Part shown: in pieces, positions 61,061 to 64,000 of the stretch
Layout: every line of letters starts with the position of its first letter
Position numbering within the stretch: position 1 is the stretch's first letter
NCBI RefSeq assembly: GCF_964355755.1
Contig: NC_092680.1
Location: forward strand, 17,555,045-17,619,044
Source of the DNA: Antedon mediterranea
Lineage: Eukaryota > Animalia > Echinodermata
Direction: 5' to 3'
DNA length: 64,000 nucleotides
Translations under genes and position numbers: made by a program
Notes under the pieces: generated by a model
The model's input: the letters and a program-made list of their open reading frames with translations, nothing else
Told to the model about the DNA's origin: nothing
The model's database searches: none

Positions 61061-62167
61061 GTTTAGATTTTTTCCAAAAAATGCCGCATGATTATATAAC
61101 CGGGAATCTTGAGATTTGTCCATTATGTTTTCTGTCATCTAGATAGATTTTTAGTGATAATGTGAGTATGACCAAAACGGTACCATCCGTAAAAAACCCT
61201 TCCCGGTTTCAATATAAATTAATCAAAACGAGAATTTAAGAATGTAAGAGAGTCACTTTTCTGGGACATAACAATAAGTGAGTATACACATAATCTGGTT
61301 TTATGAATTTTAATGTCAACATGGTCAATACGAATGTCTATCATGTTACTATAACTTAACCCTAAGACTTGATTGTTGAGATAATTACTAATTATCTCAA
61401 CAATCAAGTCTCATAGTTTACAGATTGTTTTCCAAATTGTAAGCCTACATCTTATATCTTCTTCGTATCGGCTTCATACAAAATGCATAATTTTAGTATA
61501 AAATACAAGCGAGATCAGTGATTGACGCGACTTAATACATAAAATACTTATCGTGGGAAACCAGCACCCTGTTTTAAAATCCATAACAATAAAATATTAA
61601 TGAAACAAATAATATATAATATAATAGCATAGTATTATAATAAAAACAAATATAGGCCCCTATGTAAATAAAGAAAATACTACTTTACTTAGCACTTATT
61701 CGGTAGTGTAAAACGTGGTGGTATTTTTTAACAATGATAAAATAAATGTTTGAAAAAACTAATTTTTAAACAAACACAAAGAAATAAAAACTTAGTGGAC
61801 ACGCACACACACCACTGACGGGACAGTCTTGTGATAACGAAGTTTAACAGATGCGTACTACAGTTACTACTGTAGGCCCTATAGATTACACATGTAAACA
61901 CTACATAATACCTCTACTTAGAATCATGTCAAAATTATTTTACGCCATTACTGCAGTAACGTACTGGTATGATTTTGTTTCAATGTTTAGGAGACAGTAT
62001 TAACGACCCTCACAAAGCTTGCTAAATAAATAAATACATAAATTAAATTTATAATAAACAAGGTGTAATTGTTTGTAACTACTGGAGTAGCTTTGCGTCA
62101 GGGTGTTGAGTAATTGGTCATATGTTTTGCCCCAAGTTTGTACTTCATACTAAGTACATTGAAGAGC

Positions 62168-62465
62168 GCAAGCTCGGTAGTTTAGAGGTATGAACGCCAG
62201 GCTAGTGATCTGGAGATCGTGGGTTCGAGTCCCATCCGAGAATTACTTGCGTATTTTTTTAAGTATTCTCAATGTATTTTAGTACAGTGTACACAGTACA
62301 CAACTAGCTCGTGTGCACTTTAAAGAACCTAGTACATCTTTCGAGACGAGTAGGGGGTTGCCCCGGTGTATAGTACATCACACACACTGATCACCAACTG
62401 GGCCCTCTGGGAGACCAGTCTTTGACTGAAGAGGTTACCCAGTATAAATATAAACAAACAAACAA
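62168..62465 (+). mobile_element. tRNA-derived SINE with Nin/Deu-like central domain
   Basis: tRNA head with GGTTCGAGTCC, core gtgcactttaaagaacc, and a (caaa)n tail. Confidence 0.7.
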
Positions 62466-63262
62466 TAGTATGAATTACAAATTACGTCAGAGTAGGGCAA
62501 AACATCTGACCAAACACGGTATCTGCAGTGTTTGGCGTAGCCTACTCAATTACTGGTAATACACTTTTTTTTAAATAGTCCAATTGCATCACAATATCAA
62601 TAGAATTGTTTAAAACACACAGTATACTATTATTGTTATTTGAATAATCTATTTTTTTTAAATAACTTACAAATATTTACCATTTTATATACATTATTGA
62701 TAATGAAATATTAAATTGCATTACGTTGTACCCTGTATATACATTCTGGATCAACTTCTACTTTTAAAGTCTATATTGAAAAAATAAATATTGAAAAAAT
62801 AAATATTAAAAAATATGAATAAAAAAATCTGATACCATTTGTACCAAAATTTGCATATTTTTGTATAGTTGCTGAAAGCAGGGAAACTCTTCCCTGCTGA
62901 AAGTAAATAATTCCGTGGCGCCATATTAATTTTGTAGAGTGCGGTACTAGTCCTAATACTAGTTAACGATAGTCTACATAGGCCCTAATGTATATTGTGC
63001 TAAATAGTTAAATTAAAACTTCTGGGAAGAACCTACCCTAATAATAGTAATATAATACTGACTTTAAAAATGATAATTACCCTGTTTTAATTGTTGTGTA
63101 TTATCGGGTAAAATTCGAACACTTCCAGGGAGAAAATGTTTTTTTTTAAATAACGATTATACCTAACGATTACGTAGTCCTATATTGCAAGTACGTTTAC
63201 TTAAAACTGTCTTAAAAGATATTAAAGATATTACCGTATGTTATTACTTCCATATAAACTAA

Positions 63263-64000
63263 TTACACATTCACAGGTTCTAATTTGTTATTGTTTTCTA
63301 GGCCTACTGCGTTTATCACCTCAGCTGAAGCGTTTATTGGTGACGCGTTTTCAGTTTGCTCATCAACTTTTAAACACTGCCGTTGGCTAGTATTGCTTGT
63401 TTCTATAACTTTGCCACTTTCTTCATTCTGTATCGTTGCAGTAACAACACATTTGTTAGGCTGCAAACTTTTACCGGGAATTGTTAATGTATTTCCGTAT
63501 GAGAGTTCTAAAGCATCGATTTCAGATTCCGTTTTTGACTGCCTACGGCTGTTACCTCTACTACGGTAAGATTGCGATGCTTGGCCAATCACCATTTTCA
63601 GTTTATATAGACGCCATGCTCGTTGCAGAACCTTTGCAGCCGTTGCGCGTTTCTTTATCTGCAGTGTAGATGTCGTTGGTTTGTAACTTTCTCTTCCAGG
63701 GAACGATTCGTTAAATCTTTCCTGCATTTGTTTCTGCAATTTATTGAATTCTTCCGTTTCTTCGATTGATCCGAGTACACGCTTTGTCAACGCGTAGAGC
63801 ACATCCAAGCAATGCAGTTTTGTATCGTCATAAATCGGCAAATCAAGACCTGCTATTTTAATATTATTTGGTTTTGCAAGCCTTAATGGTGGACCAAGCT
63901 CATTGCAAAAGTCTGATAAACTTTCGTATGAAATGAACTGAGTTGCTAACGGATCGAACCGCTCCCAAACCTGGTAGAACATTACAAAATCATCTTCTGT
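63263..64000 (-). CDS. Voltage-gated sodium channel alpha subunit, C-terminal exon (partial; continues beyond window)
   Basis: TEDDFVMFYQVWERFDPLATQFI...PPLRLAKPN...LHCLDVLYALTKRVLG matches the Nav C-terminal EF-hand-like domain, followed by the IQ-like motif AAKVLQRAWR. The Nav1 versus Nav2 subtype cannot be resolved here. Confidence 0.93.
   Translation of the reverse strand, partial: TEDDFVMFYQVWERFDPLATQFISYESLSDFCNELGPPLRLAKPNNIKIAGLDLPIYDDTKLHCLDVLYALTKRVLGSIEETEEFNKLQKQMQERFNESFPGRESYKPTTSTLQIKKRATAAKVLQRAWRLYKLKMVIGQASQSYRSRGNSRRQSKTESEIDALELSYGNTLTIPGKSLQPNKCVVTATIQNEESGKVIETSNTSQRQCLKVDEQTENASPINASAEVINAVGLENNNKLEPVNV

Noticed and set aside
63263-64000. Functional link between the sodium channel gene and the TM-Roco cluster
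   Set aside because: Only adjacency on the same strand, ~15 kb apart. The membrane insert shows no S4-like R-x-x repeats or pore motif, and neighbourhood is weak evidence in animal genomes.

Overview
AT-rich, intron-containing animal genomic DNA. The repeat repertoire suggests a marine invertebrate, possibly an echinoderm; this is inference. The window is dominated by a head-to-tail cluster of five minus-strand paralogues (starts at 11128, 25435, 34033, 40049, 47987) plus one decayed fragment. They encode an unusual Roco-family (ROC-COR) GTPase with no LRR, kinase or death domain, and with a ~290-aa, roughly 10-helix membrane domain inserted inside the G domain between switch I (STIG) and G3 (DFAGQ). 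Copies 1, 3 and 5 are intact. Copies 2 and 4 form a subfamily, and each carries its own two frameshifts. Every copy has a small terminal exon that the ORF track misses. The GTPase/COR core is highly conserved, while the predicted outward-facing loops are variable and carry N-glycosylation sequons, which suggests a diversifying membrane sensor family. The rest of the window holds satellites, MITEs, non-autonomous Helitrons, LINE fragments, Penelope-type hammerhead ribozymes, tRNA-derived repeats, a degenerate BEL/Pao element with nested Gypsy and Helitron pieces, a spliced P-element/THAP9-like transposase gene with an amplified catalytic-Glu motif and terminal excision footprints, and the 3' end of a voltage-gated sodium channel gene. 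All calls come from reading the sequence by eye; no database search was run.
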